A stretch of 61,742 bases of DNA, filler included, from Hausera hauseri (taxonomy: Eukaryota), in assembly GCA_046269625.1 (NCBI GenBank). It is 10 parts of 10 records of this genome, joined end to end, with 100 filler letters (N's around TTAATTAATTAA, not from the genome) between each part and the next. Parts side by side here need not be neighbours in the genome. Positions count along the whole stretch, not along the records: positions 47,562 to 57,280 come from JBJURY010302166.1; positions 57,381 to 61,742 come from JBJURY010617220.1; 8 more parts are not named here. One strand, 5' to 3'. Positions 50,591 to 61,742 of the stretch are shown piece after piece (the stretch's first letter is position 1; every line of letters starts with the position of its first letter). The notes under the pieces were generated by a model. That model made no database searches. It saw nothing but the letters and a program-made list of their open reading frames with translations, and had not been told where the DNA came from. The translations under genes and the position numbers were made by a program.

Positions 50591-53500
50591 ACTTTTTCTA
50601 TTATTACTATCCGTGATTGCCGGATTCCGTAAAATTTCTCCCAATCAATTTTTACTGGCTCTTTTGTCTTCTTCCCTATCAAATAATTTTGACCAATTTA
50701 TTTTACTGGGTAGTTTCCTAGCGGCCTTCCGGGCTAAACTTGTAGCCCGATTGAACTCATTTTCTCGGTTTGGATTTGTCATAATGGCTAAATATAACAT
50801 TATTTTTCTTAATTCTTTCTTTGTATTTTGTACCATTATTTTTTCAACTACTGTTTCATCATTTAGATTACCTTTCGATAACTTGAAACGTGTATTCTTC
50901 ATGATCTTGGCTGCATTAAAAATTGCTTTTTCTTTATCGTCTAATGTATCACCTCAAGGACCCGAATAATTTACGATTCGTATCAAATTCCTTAATAATT
51001 CGTTTAGTTCCTCGTTACCCGTACTGAAGGTGGGGATCGACAATTGTCGCAATTCTTTAATCAATTCTTCATTATAATCGACATCTCGGACTATTTTAGG
51101 TCTACCTACTGGGCGTCTTTGCTTCTGAGCGGTAATCGATGTTTTGTTCAGTGGAACCAAATTTTTATAATATTGTTCGTTATCTTCATGCGTTTGTAAA
51201 TATTCGAAGTACATTGCCGCATCTTGGACTCCCATAATTTGTCCTACGCATTGTTCTGCCTTGGCTTTACGCGTAGCTTCTTCCTTAGTCTGTTCGTTGG
51301 CTATTGTTACCACTAGTTGGTTTGTCTCATTAGGTATAATCCCGACATTTATTAGTTGTTCTAAATCATCTAATATTCCATCTCTCAAATAAAATCTATA
51401 GTTTAATTCCTTCGATCCTCCATTATTCATCAACCACTCTCTTACGTCCTTTACATAGGAATAAGTGGTTAACTCACATTCTTTTTCGTCCATCCATTAT
51501 GATAATATTTTCATTTTCATTATCCGCTCGGGTTTAGCCGTCAAGATTTTAGCGTATATTTTTATCAGTAATTTCGGCACAGTACTATAAATTGTGTTCT
51601 CAGTAGATAATTTAGTCAGAGTTGGAATAAGTTTTCTCAATCTACTCTCGTTAATATTTACGTCAATTAATTTAATTAAATCCTTTTCTGTTAGCACCGA
51701 ATCCAAAAGCATCTCCACGTCAATTCTCTTACTTCGTAGATCTGTTTCTATTTCGTTCAATTGTATTGAAATCACCGGGTTTTCATTATTTATCGTATCT
51801 AGGTAAATATCCCATTCTGGATCATGTCCAACTCCTGGAAGTCCGTAATCTATTAACGTTGTACTTGTTCTCTGTACATTTTCGCGGATTTCTTTTAATC
51901 TGGGTTGTATTTCTTTCATTTGTGTGGTACGAAAACCCACTCCGTTTCCCTCAAGCATATTGGATTTGCTTTAGTAGATCACCAAGTTCACTAGAATTAA
52001 TAAGTCCTTTTTGGTGATAATCGGTTAGTTCGATAATTACATATTTTTGCAATCTTTGTACGAACTCTACCTTGTTTTTAATTTCGGATTCGGTAAAAAC
52101 GTATTTGTTCCGGTAGATTTCGAGTTCTTTTACTAACTCATCTAACCTTGTTGCTCTTTGTTTAGTCTTAATGCATGTTTCGTCCATCTGTCTTATCCTA
52201 GGTATCAGTTGTCTCCTCTTCTCATCATTAATTTCTGCCATCTATACTAGCAGAAAGACTAGTTCATACATCTCATTTATGACTCTTGAGTAGGGGTCCA
52301 ATGCATCTAGTAGCTTCTTTACGACTTGGATTCTTCAAAACTGAGGTATTGATTGTTTCTTATTTTGTCAATTCGATATGATAATTCTGATCTGTCTCGA
52401 ACATCCATTCTTGTAGTCTATGCAAAAATTTTATTGTTGCTGTTAAGGCGACTATATGTGCTGGACAAATGTCTAGGGTTTCGATGTCTTGGATTGAAAT
52501 CTCATTGATATGTCTTTCTGTTAAATGTTGGACTCCTTCTAACCAGAGATTTCTTAGTCTTGAATAAAAATTACAAGTCATATTCTGCTTTGTATAAAAT
52601 TGGTTTCTTCAATCATTTTATAAATTTCTTCCATTATCGTCATTTCTTGCTTCTTCTTCATGAAGTTTAGTGGTCGTAAAGCTTCAAATCGGTTTCGGAT
52701 GTTTATTTCTGCTAGTATCGTATCTAAATTACGAGCATGTTCTTCTAATTGTTTCTTTACCGATGGTTCACTTTCCGGAAATTCTTTCTTTCGATCTTCC
52801 ACTAATTTGCTTAATAGCATTATAGTTCAGACCATTTCGATAGATGATTAGCAATTATTTGCTTTGCCAGTATAGCTCTATCTAACATGTTATATGCATC
52901 CTTTAACTCGTCGTCTAAACCCTTTATAAATTTCATAATTCGGCTAATATATTGGAACTCATCTTTATATTCATCAAACTCTATGATACACGACTTTACT
53001 ACATATTGGGTTTCTTCATGGTTTGGAGTCATGATCCGGTTCTTCAGTTTGCAAATTTGCACCCGTTTTTCATTTTTAACTTTGATTCAGTCCTCTAAAT
53101 TCGTATACCGTTTCGGTGAGTCAAAAGCAGTTCTTACCATTTCCATCAATGGAGGAATATCTATTGGGTCTATGCCCAATATTTCTAAATCAATGTTACC
53201 TCGTTTGCTGATCGGTTTTTCTCTAAGTCGATTAATCATTGCATAACGAATTTCGTGTACCATACGTTTTAAGTTACGGACTACTTGTTTTAGCTTCGGA
53301 TTCTCTTCTAGCATGGACAGTAACGTCTGTGCTTTAGTGACTTTCACGTCAATACTCTCTTCATTTTTGTTCCATCCTTCCGAAAATTCAACCACACTTT
53401 TAATCCATGATTCTAATTTGTGTTTCCATTTTAATAATGTTTCGGTAGATATTTCTTTGGGTTATTCTGACTCTACTGTTCCATTGAGCTTCCCTTCGCT

Positions 53501-54280
53501 GTACAGTTTTAGCTTTTATATAACCTCTCGACATACTGTTGGTCTTTTCCCGATATTTCTGCTTGTTTGCTAATTTGTCTGAGTCTTTCTAAATTTCGCT
53601 GTAATAATTCCGGGTCGTGACACCTAATTCTCATTTTCTTCAACTCATCGGCATTTTTCCAAGAATGTCTAACTTTCCACCTCTTTGGATTAAATCGTCC
53701 TGATTATTAATTTTTTCCGTTTCTTCCTCATTAATGGGTAGTGGGCAGATCTCGTTGATTTCGTTAAGTGACTCGGTAGATCCTTTTATCTCGGTAGGGG
53801 TGATTTGGTTATTTTCGGTTGTACTTAAACTAAGTTCTAGTTTGCTTCCTAGGTTGACGTTAGTATTCTTTACTTCTTCTGTTCTAGTTAGTTGTGAGCG
53901 TGAGTGACTTCTACGTCTTGTTTTTAGAGAAGGACTACGACCCATATTTTTCGTAATTTTAAGTATCTATGGTTCCATGAAGTCTCTTTCTGCTAGAGCA
54001 TCATCTGTCGGCTTATCTACCTTTTTGATAGTGAACTCAGGCTCTGTATCTAAATCGACTTCCGTCGAAGTTCCTGGTTTCTCTCCTATTTTATTGCTTG
54101 TCAGAATACTCTTTTTTCGCGTCATATCAGTTCGTTTGAGTGCTATAGCACGTTCGTATTCCGTTTCCGGTTCTATCAACCCGTGGTACACTTCTAATAA
54201 CCTTAGCTTATTTTCATATTCCCTCCTAACCGTTAAAATCTGTGGGTTAATAGTTTCCGGCTGGGGGACTAAGAATTTCT
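50590..54280 (-). pseudogene. ~1100-1200-aa unknown, charged and probably helical region between the Gag zinc knuckle and the glycoprotein
   Basis: Ten abutting ORF fragments; the C-terminal part is conserved in C10 (61145-61742). Confidence 0.7.
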
Positions 54281-54281
54281 G

Positions 54282-55442
54282 CTAATCTTGTATATCGATT
54301 ATAGTACCTGTATCTCGGCGCGCTGCGTATTTAGCTTCTAAGTTCTCATTAATTTTGAATATACTAGTTTTACTAGGTTCGGTTAAAGAAACACTACGCA
54401 GATTTGGACATGACTCTTCAATATGGCCTTCTTTACCACACGTAAAACAGATAAAGGTTTCCTTTTCTGCCGACTCTTTGTCCACCATCTTCGTTCACTG
54501 GTGATTTAGACCTATTGGAGCTCCTGTTATATCGATTAGATGAACCTTGTATGCCTTCTATGCTTCGCCGACTATTATTAGTTCGATTGTCATCATGGTG
54601 ATTTTGAAAATTTAGGTCTCTATAGTTTCCTTGGTTTCTATTGACATTGAAATTTGACCTATTCGTATTCCGTTCGTTTGGGAAGTAGTTATTCCGACTA
54701 TTCCTATAATTATTATTACTATTTCTATCCCCATAATTTTTATTAGTAGCAAATCTTCTCTTCCGCGGTTATCGACCCGATTCCTATCGCTACGATCATT
54801 GGTTCTATCGTTCCTCTCGTTGTGATTGACATACCCATCAAGTGCCATTTCTAAGTCTTGGGCTAGTCGTAATGTCCCTTCGAAAATTTCTGGTCTGGCT
54901 AGAATCAATTGTTTAACTAAATTTCGGGACCAGATACCATTAATAAATTGAGTCGTCATCATGACGTCTAAGTCTGGAGGGGTTGCCTTCTCTGCGGCAT
55001 CCCGTTCTGCGTCCGATTTGGCTTTGGCTACATGGGCTATCCTCAGTGTGCTCATATAAATATTTGCAAGTTTCTTCAACGCAAACGCAAACTGGGTTAC
55101 CGATTCACTCTTTTGTTGCGTTCTATTCTGAAATGCCATAAGCTTCTGTTGTGGCGTAACTTTCGGCAATAATTTACGGTTTAATGCTCCTACTAAGGAG
55201 GACAAAGTTTTCTTTTCCTCATTCGTGAGTTCGCTGTAAGCATCATCGGCTAGATTTTTCAGATATAACGACAAGCGTTTGATCATTACTTCAGGGGTTA
55301 AGCTAGCACCTTCTGCGTGTAATTTGTAAGTTCTTAAAAATTCATTTAGTCCATCTGGATCACCATCGTATGGTGGCAGGTTCAGAGAATCAAAAGTGAA
55401 AATGTCTAACTTCTGCGCTACTAGTTGATTATCTGCTTCCAT
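54282..55442 (-). pseudogene. gag: Gag: retrotransposon capsid domain, N/R-rich linker and CCHC zinc knuckle
   Basis: LPPYDGDP..FL..Y, YLKNLADDAY, QQKSESVTQFAFALKKLA, QFINGI; CFTCGKEGHIEESC; frameshifts around the N/R-rich linker. Confidence 0.9.
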
Positions 55443-55796
55443 GTGATTAATTTCAGAGTTAGTTTTGTTGATTTTATGTTTCTCAAGTGGGATTTTAAAT
55501 TGCTTATTTTGTTCAGTGACATCTATCTTATTTCTATTCTCTGAATTTGAACTTCTATCTGTCTTGGTAAATATATCAACGTGTTTGACGTATAGGTGAA
55601 ATATCCCTTAACACAAGGTTGGCCTTTGATTTATCAATATAGGTTCTCAAATTTTATGTTATTTATCCCCGTTTTAAGCCTATAAACCCAATTTAGTTTT
55701 CCGTTCCAACTATATCAGTTATTCGATATAGGTGGCGCTGTTCGCCGGTGTGTGTTTATTTAACTCTCTATAGTAAAGTCTAGAGAGGTACAAACT

Positions 55797-55814
55797 GTCC
55801 GGCTAGGGTTGCCA
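55797..55814 (-). promoter_or_regulatory. Primer-binding site TGGCAACCCTAGCCGGAC (possibly tRNA-Arg)
   Basis: ...ACA-TTT-TGG junction, complementary to a tRNA 3' end ...GGTTGCCA. The tRNA identity is unverified. Confidence 0.7.
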
Positions 55815-55817
55815 AAA

Positions 55818-57198
55818 TGTTATAGTGTGGGTTGGCCCTTATCGTCTCCCGCCATAACAGAAATTATGCGAAGTTTTAATCGTTTATATGTTAGGATTAT
55901 TCGATCTCGAATAATCAGTTTGTACCTTATGAACGTTGAATAAATTATCGACTAATATGCAGGTACTGCGTGTCGGAGATGAATGTCTCAGATTAATTCG
56001 TTCTGTACTTATCTAGTGATTTTACTCTTGATTTTAAACTTAATGTGAGTCCAATCGGTTTTAAGAAGCGATGAGAAATTATAAATCAATTACACAGAAA
56101 AATTTTATTTAACTCAAAATTACCAAGTTTCTAACAATAACCACAATATCGAAGATCAATGTCTATGAATTTTTGGTTCAACCAATTCAGCAAGGTCTTT
56201 AATTCACCCACAGGTAAATCACGGAAAATCAACTTTAATCAAAGTCTGATAACTATGTTTTTCTTGTCCTTTATATAGTCTCGCTGCAACAATAATTTTT
56301 CCTATACTTGCATTAATTTAGATATTTTCTTGTTTTCAATTACTCGCCCACGTTTTTTATTAGTTTTTCTGACAGTTTAATCCATTTCCAGTCTGATGTT
56401 TCATTCCATTTGCGATCATAAATCATTAAATTTCTGGTTTTAATTATGAAATATTAATTCAATCATGCTTTCTGGTTACGAATTCCTCAATTATTCAATT
56501 TTATATACAACGGCTAATTTAGTAATTTCTACCTAAACATGACAGCTGCTACATTATTTACAAGCTTGCTGCATTGCTGACAGCTAATACACTATTTACA
56601 ACATTTGTAAACGTCAAAATTAGATTATGGAATTTTGTACTGAGATGGGTCTGTGAGGAATAATCGTTCGGTATCACTTTTATAAATTGAGTGAGTTCGG
56701 TAGTATTGAATGAGTGATTCGATTGTGCTGAATACTTTCCGACCGACGTGGAGTTCATTGTTTTTAAGGTAAACTTGAAAATCTTGAAAATGTCCCTGCT
56801 GTAGTTAAATGTCAGAAAACAGATAATATTCCAGGTGCAAAGGTTTCAGTCTTTGATTATGTAATCGGAGCTTTACAAAAGAGCGAGTTGAATGAACTGA
56901 GAGAACTTATTTTGTAACGTGTTATGCTTGTCGCAGATAATACTTCTGGTCCTAAGTAAAAGCTTAAGTTGACGACTGACATTTGAACAGGTCTTGATGA
57001 ATTTCATGAATTGTTATTTGCGTTTGATGAATTTCTTTGTAACGTTGCGATATTTTTACTATTGGTACCACTGGTATTTAAGTGACTAAGTATATAAAAT
57101 TTGAAATTTTCAAAATACGATTTTTCACTGTCATTTTATTCGCATTGGACAGTTCGGCGATTTTTAGCAGATGTGTTGTGAAAAACGTCAGTGTAACA
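55818..57198 (-). repeat. Candidate 5' LTR (~1.38 kb)
   Basis: Minus strand TGTTACACTG...CACTATAACA (8/10 inverted termini); TATATAAAG at ~56268-56277; AATAAA at ~56104-56109; ends 3 nt before the PBS. The outer boundary is tentative. Confidence 0.65.
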
Positions 57199-57380
57199 TA
57201 ATGCACAAGTGATAATCAAGGTAGAGAGTCTCTTGATTGTTCAAAACGCTCTTTCTGATTTTTGGACTGTGGTGGTGCCCNNNNNNNNNNNNNNNNNNNN
57301 NNNNNNNNNNNNNNNNNNNNNNNNTTAATTAATTAANNNNNNNNNNNNNNNNNNNNNNNNNNNNNNNNNNNNNNNNNNNN

Positions 57381-57830
57381 AAATGTCCTTCTTCTGTTTT
57401 TGATGCTATCATCACGTCATCTAAGTACGCGAAAGCATGATCAAGTCCCATGAGCATCTTATTCATCATTCTAGTAAAGATAGCTGGTCCGGTTGTGATA
57501 CCGAAGGGCATAACATTAAATTCGTATACGCCATCGTGCGTTTTAAATGCTGTTTTATATCGGTCTTCTTCTATTTCCACTTGCCAGTATCCTGATTGTA
57601 AGTCGAGAGTGGTAAACCATTTTGCTCCTGATAGTCTATCTAAAACGTCTTTCATCATCAGCGTGTTCAATGCCCGATAATCTATACAAAACCTGTGTTT
57701 TGTAGTCCCTTTCTTAACCATAAGTATAGGCGAGTACCATGATCGGTAGCTTGGCCGAATTATGTCGGCCTTTAACATTCGCTCTACTTTAGTTATCTCC
57801 GGTCTCAATGAATGAGGAGGCGGGTACCAC
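57381..57830 (-). pseudogene. pol: Gypsy reverse transcriptase core (truncated at the contig end)
   Basis: SPILMVKK..RFCIDYRALN..FTTLDLQSGYWQV..KTAFKT.DG.YEFNVMPFG..YLDD; the usual YPLP segment is deleted. Confidence 0.95.
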
Positions 57831-57835
57831 TTTGG

Positions 57836-58038
57836 CATTTTTTGTTCTATATCGATCTCGTCAATTGAGCCTGGTTTCTTCTTGAGCCTTGCTCTACCTG
57901 TCTTCTTTGTTTTGCGCAATTTGTTTTGTGCATTTTTTGTTCTAGATCGATCTCGTCAATTGAGCCTGGTTTCTTCCTTAATGGAATAGTTAATCTTAGA
58001 GCCTTTGCTCTACCTGTCTTCTTTGTTTTGCGCAATTT
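57836..58038. repeat. Local tandem duplication (~90-105 bp, 2 copies) upstream of RT
   Basis: cattttttgttcta.atcgatctcgtcaattgagcctggtttcttc...gctctacctgtcttctttgttttgcgcaatt occurs twice. Confidence 0.9.
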
Positions 58039-58104
58039 TGCGCTTCTTGAGAGAATTTAGTTTCAACATAAGGCGGAAATTCAGCGCACTTGTATGGTTT
58101 CTCT

Positions 58105-58730
58105 TCAATTGTTACCGCCGATACTCTGACCTAGAGTAGTGTTAGCGTGCAATCGTATAGGAGTTGGTGAACTGTTCACTAATCTGATGGGTATTCGTCC
58201 CGTCACTACTCTACATAGAATATTACTAAGCATGAGATTTGGTTTGAAATATACCGGTAGATCTTTATCTTGGCGAATCTGTGCAAAAATTATCATTTTA
58301 GTTCTAGACGGAATGTCCTCATCTACTGGAATCCATACTTCGCCTGATTTCCTTTTCTTTATTACTTTCGTCCCTTTTATTGGTCCGAGCTCAATTAATT
58401 TTCCATTATGCACATCAATTGCCATACCTGATATCTGTTTTAATACGTCACAACCCAGTACTACATCATCTGTTAATTGGTCCATTACTGCAAATTTATG
58501 TGAAAATGCTTGGCCCATCGTATAAACGGTTGCAGTCCACTTAAATTTTGACTTCGATATTTGCCCAAATGTTCCTACGCTACCTGGATCCGACGATGCG
58601 GGTGGACATAACTAGTCCCACAATGTGGTTGGTATTGATTCGTATTTTATAAACGATTTTTCTGATCCTGTGTCGATTAGCGCATACACCTCCCAATCTT
58701 CTATGTGTATTTTAGCGAAAGGTCTTCCTT
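58105..58730 (-). pseudogene. Aspartic protease and post-protease beta-rich domain, copy 2
   Basis: WEVYALIDTGSEKSFI (~58650-58695), DDVVLGCDVL, IPIRLVNSSPTPIRLHANTTLG. Confidence 0.88.
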
Positions 58731-59271
58731 CTGCTACTGTTCCACAGCAATTCGGCACTATCTTGGACCGTTTTATAGTGGAGACACTGTGTCTATTTAT
58801 CGTTATTTCTGGTAATTAAATGATACCTGTCTTAATTGTCTTAATTCCCCATTTGGGTACAAATCGTTATTTGTTATTTCCGTGACGCGGTTGTCAATGA
58901 GCGGTTCTTGAGGTAAGGGACCTGAGATTGAGCATAACCTCGGGTTCTCCCAGATCGTTGATTTCGATTCTATGTGCCGAGGTATCCTTTTCGAGTATAA
59001 TATTCCGTGGTCGTTTTCTGTTGGTCCGTTGTTGATAACGTTCATTTTGCGTAATACTCCATATTGTTTTTTTTTCCATAAGGGTCTTCATAATCCATGG
59101 GTTTTCGGTAGATATCAGATCTATAAGATATGACTGACTTTTGATCGCAGTCCTCGTAAATCGGCGCAGTTGGTGGCATGATGGGTATTGGTACGTATGT
59201 TCTATGTAACTTTATTCTAAAATTTCATTCTCCTCCCTTAGGCTCGTCATCATCTGAGTCATCTTTCCGCA

Positions 59272-61210
59272 TTATTGTCTTTTATTTTTGCGTTTATTAA
59301 GAATTGAGGGTCTTCCCCTTTGTTTGCGATTGTAATATTCAACATGACGTTCTACAGCATTTTTCCATCGATTTTCATCGTATGCTTTAAACATTTTTCC
59401 AAAAGGTGTGATAATTGCAGTTAAAATCTTACAGAAGAATCCTGTCAATGTGAATATTTCATATCTGTTTATAGCAGCTTGGATTACGGCTTTATTCAAT
59501 TGTACTAAGAAGTAGATGGCTAAGAATCCCGATGCAGTTTATCCAAAAATTAAAAATCTTCCCCAAATCTTATAAAATATTTTTGAAGTCACTCTCTGGT
59601 AATGATTAGCGCCAAGGAGAGATTCCATTTAGCCTGATATCGTGTGTCATCTACAACCGAGGCCATGGCTAGGTTTAATTTGTGCATTTGCTGTCGTGTA
59701 AAAGCGAGAAACTGTCTAAATGCTTCAATCTCTTTGGGCCTACATATGCCTTTTGATGAAGTGTCCTGAAATTTATCGTCCGTAATTCCTTTCGCAAGAT
59801 TTGTTCCCGTTAGTTTACTTGGGGTAGTAGTAATACCTCCATTTGGTATGCTGACCCAGTCTGTTTCACGTCGCCTAAACATGGGTTCTCCCAAACTCGC
59901 TTAACAATTTTTAAGGATAGTAAGTTGGGTTGCATTATCTAATAATACTGCCGTCAATGGTGTAGCTAATCTGGGAATGTTTTGATAGACAACCGGAAGT
60001 TCCTGTATGCAACGTTTTTCTTCTACATTGATGGGTACATCTTTCTTTCCACATTCATAAGTTAGTAATACTTCACCTGTAACTAGACCGAAAATTCCTT
60101 TTCTCATAGGAATTATTGGAGAAGCCAGTTCTGGGTTGGTATATATAAGAGCCAGTTTCGATCTCATGATCTCTGTATCCAATTTACAGTCATTCGTTAT
60201 CATCTTGTGGTACAACTGAGTTATCCCAGTTTGTCCTTTGTAATAGAAATAATCGTCTCTATTCTTCACGTAGTCCTCAATCCTGATATCTTGTGTTTCT
60301 AACTGGTAAGTTCTCGCATTTATGTCAGTTTCTGCTACGAAGAATGCTTTGTAGTTAATAGCAAACATTACCACATCACAACGTGACATCATTTCCTTCT
60401 TAATAAACTTTAGTCCATGTTGATCGGAGATTAGTATGGTGGGCGTAGGATATTCTAATACATCCTCGCGTGTCCTTGAATTGGTATCTAGTTTATCCAC
60501 ATATTTTTTCCCTGTGGTCTCAATAAACTTGAATTCTTTTATTTTAATAAAATTACAGCTTCTTCCTGAGGGAAATCCCATATTATAACCGAGCTTGTAA
60601 AAGCACAGGTTCCATCTTGTACATGACATTTCTGATTTTCCGTGTATAATTTGGTGACGCTATGAAACATTACTTTTTGTGCTCTCATCTCTGATTCATA
60701 GAAATCCACTACTACTATATTTGGTTCTATCCCTTTCCCGGTATCATATTCAGCTCCACTACAGTGTCCAGTATGCATGTCTAACTTTCCTGCTACCACT
60801 TTGTATGCCCTGATTATTTTACCAACTTGAATTTCTAATTCCATATTGTCCCATTGTTCTCTTCTGGTTTCTATAGCCTGTTTACAATGATGTCGTTCCA
60901 AGTTCATGGGAATTGGAGGATATGTCGGTTTGATTATGGAAGAATATCCGTGTATTAATCCACAGTGAAAAATACTGCGAGACCGTCGTAACATATATTC
61001 CATTCCGTCTAGCGATATCAGTTCTTGTTGCTGATATAAGAAGTAATTCTTCTCTCTTGTTTCTAACTTGTGTGGTCTGGCATCTTCACACGTTTCCAGA
61101 TCCATTAGAGAATATCTTTGACACATCTTGAATTTATCACAGTCTTATATAGTGACTGCTCCTAGCTGTTTTACTAACATCATTATTTTTAACAAATTGA
61201 CTAAGCAGTT
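59272..61210 (-). pseudogene. env: Envelope glycoprotein, chuvirus-G/gB-like, copy 2
   Basis: Colinear homolog of copy 1: RYSLMDLETC, SIFHCGLIHG, GHCSGAEY, NDCKLDTEIMRSKLAL..NPELA..GEVLLTYEC, RCIQELPV. Confidence 0.82.
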
Positions 61211-61742
61211 GGATTCATTACCTCTATTTAAAAAAATATTTCGTATCATATCTTCCAACTTATTGGCCCATTTTTCATTTTCCTTTTTTTCAAATAATTT
61301 AGTCCACTTTATTTCTTTGGGCACCCTTTTCGCAGCTTTTCTAGCTAATCCAATTGTCTTTTCAAATTTGTTTTGCCGGAGAGGATTAGTTCTCACCACC
61401 AAGTATATCAAGACTTTCCTTAATTCTTCTGTCGTATTGTCTGTCATAATTTTGTCAATCACTATTTCGTCAGGGAAGGTGCTTTTAGATCATTTGAATC
61501 GTGAAGTTTTCATGGTCCGTTCTATATTATATATTATTCTTTCTTTTTCGGACAGTATGTCGCCTTGGAGTCCGGTATAGTTTACTATCCTAATTTAATC
61601 TCTCATTCGTTCTATCAATTCTTCGTTATCTGAGCTCGGAATAGGTACTGTAAGTTGTCTCAGTTCCCTAATCAAATCTGCATCATAATTTACTTCTTTT
61701 ATTTTTCTTGGTCTTCGGACTGGCCGTTTTGGTTTTACTGGT

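Larger units (their letters stand above)
47562..57198 (-). mobile_element. 5' part of the giant env-bearing Gypsy element: LTR-PBS-gag-Zn knuckle-unknown domain-glycoprotein-protease-(RT core deleted)-RT connection
   Basis: All ORF fragments tile on the minus strand from 55442 to 47562; see the component features. Confidence 0.9.

Noticed and set aside
50562-53573. Plus-strand ORFs over the retroelement (e.g. 50562-50969, 52887-53246, also 61128-61580)
   Set aside because: Antisense shadows of the minus-strand coding sequence.
54612-54760. Hydrophobic C-terminus of gag (LLLIKIMGIEIVIIIIGIVG) as a TM anchor
   Set aside because: It is a frameshifted reading of the N/R-rich linker (RNSNNNYRNSRNN), which is open in another frame toward the Zn knuckle.
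57329-57380. ORFs extending into X-runs (57329-57919, 5747-5995, 47252-47509)
   Set aside because: The extensions are read-through of the linker; only the non-N part is meaningful.
57281-57380. Treating C9 and C10 as one contiguous tandem locus
   Set aside because: They are separated by a linker and are diverged, overlapping copies of the same family.

Overview
This window is not one locus. It is ten contigs joined by 100-nt artificial spacers (N-run, TTAATTAATTAA, N-run): C1 1-5939, C2 6040-13692, C3 13793-18696, C4 18797-25495, C5 25596-30455, C6 30556-35555, C7 35656-41472, C8 41573-47461, C9 47562-57280, C10 57381-61742. The content is eukaryotic (animal) and mostly decayed mobile DNA: a teleost-like contig with a Harbinger element and C2H2 zinc fingers (C2), CsRn1-type Gypsy elements (C3, C7), a Polinton/Maverick-like pPolB element (C4), a hATm transposon (C6), an intronless ankyrin gene (C7) and long direct repeats (C8). 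The main candidate for a new system is one family of very large Ty3/Gypsy LTR retroelements, seen in three partial, decayed copies (C9, C10, C1; all minus strand). Its inferred layout is LTR-PBS-[Gag-Zn knuckle-~1100-aa unknown domain-signal-chuvirus-like glycoprotein-TM-protease-RT-RNase H-integrase-signal-second Cys-repeat/FN3-like type-I membrane protein], followed by a probably spliced accessory ORF (catalytically degenerate REX4/ISG20-like DEDDh domain plus C3HC4 RING). The envelope-like gene lies between gag and pol, apparently within one polyprotein, instead of 3' of pol. All family assignments come from motif recognition by eye; no database searches were run.
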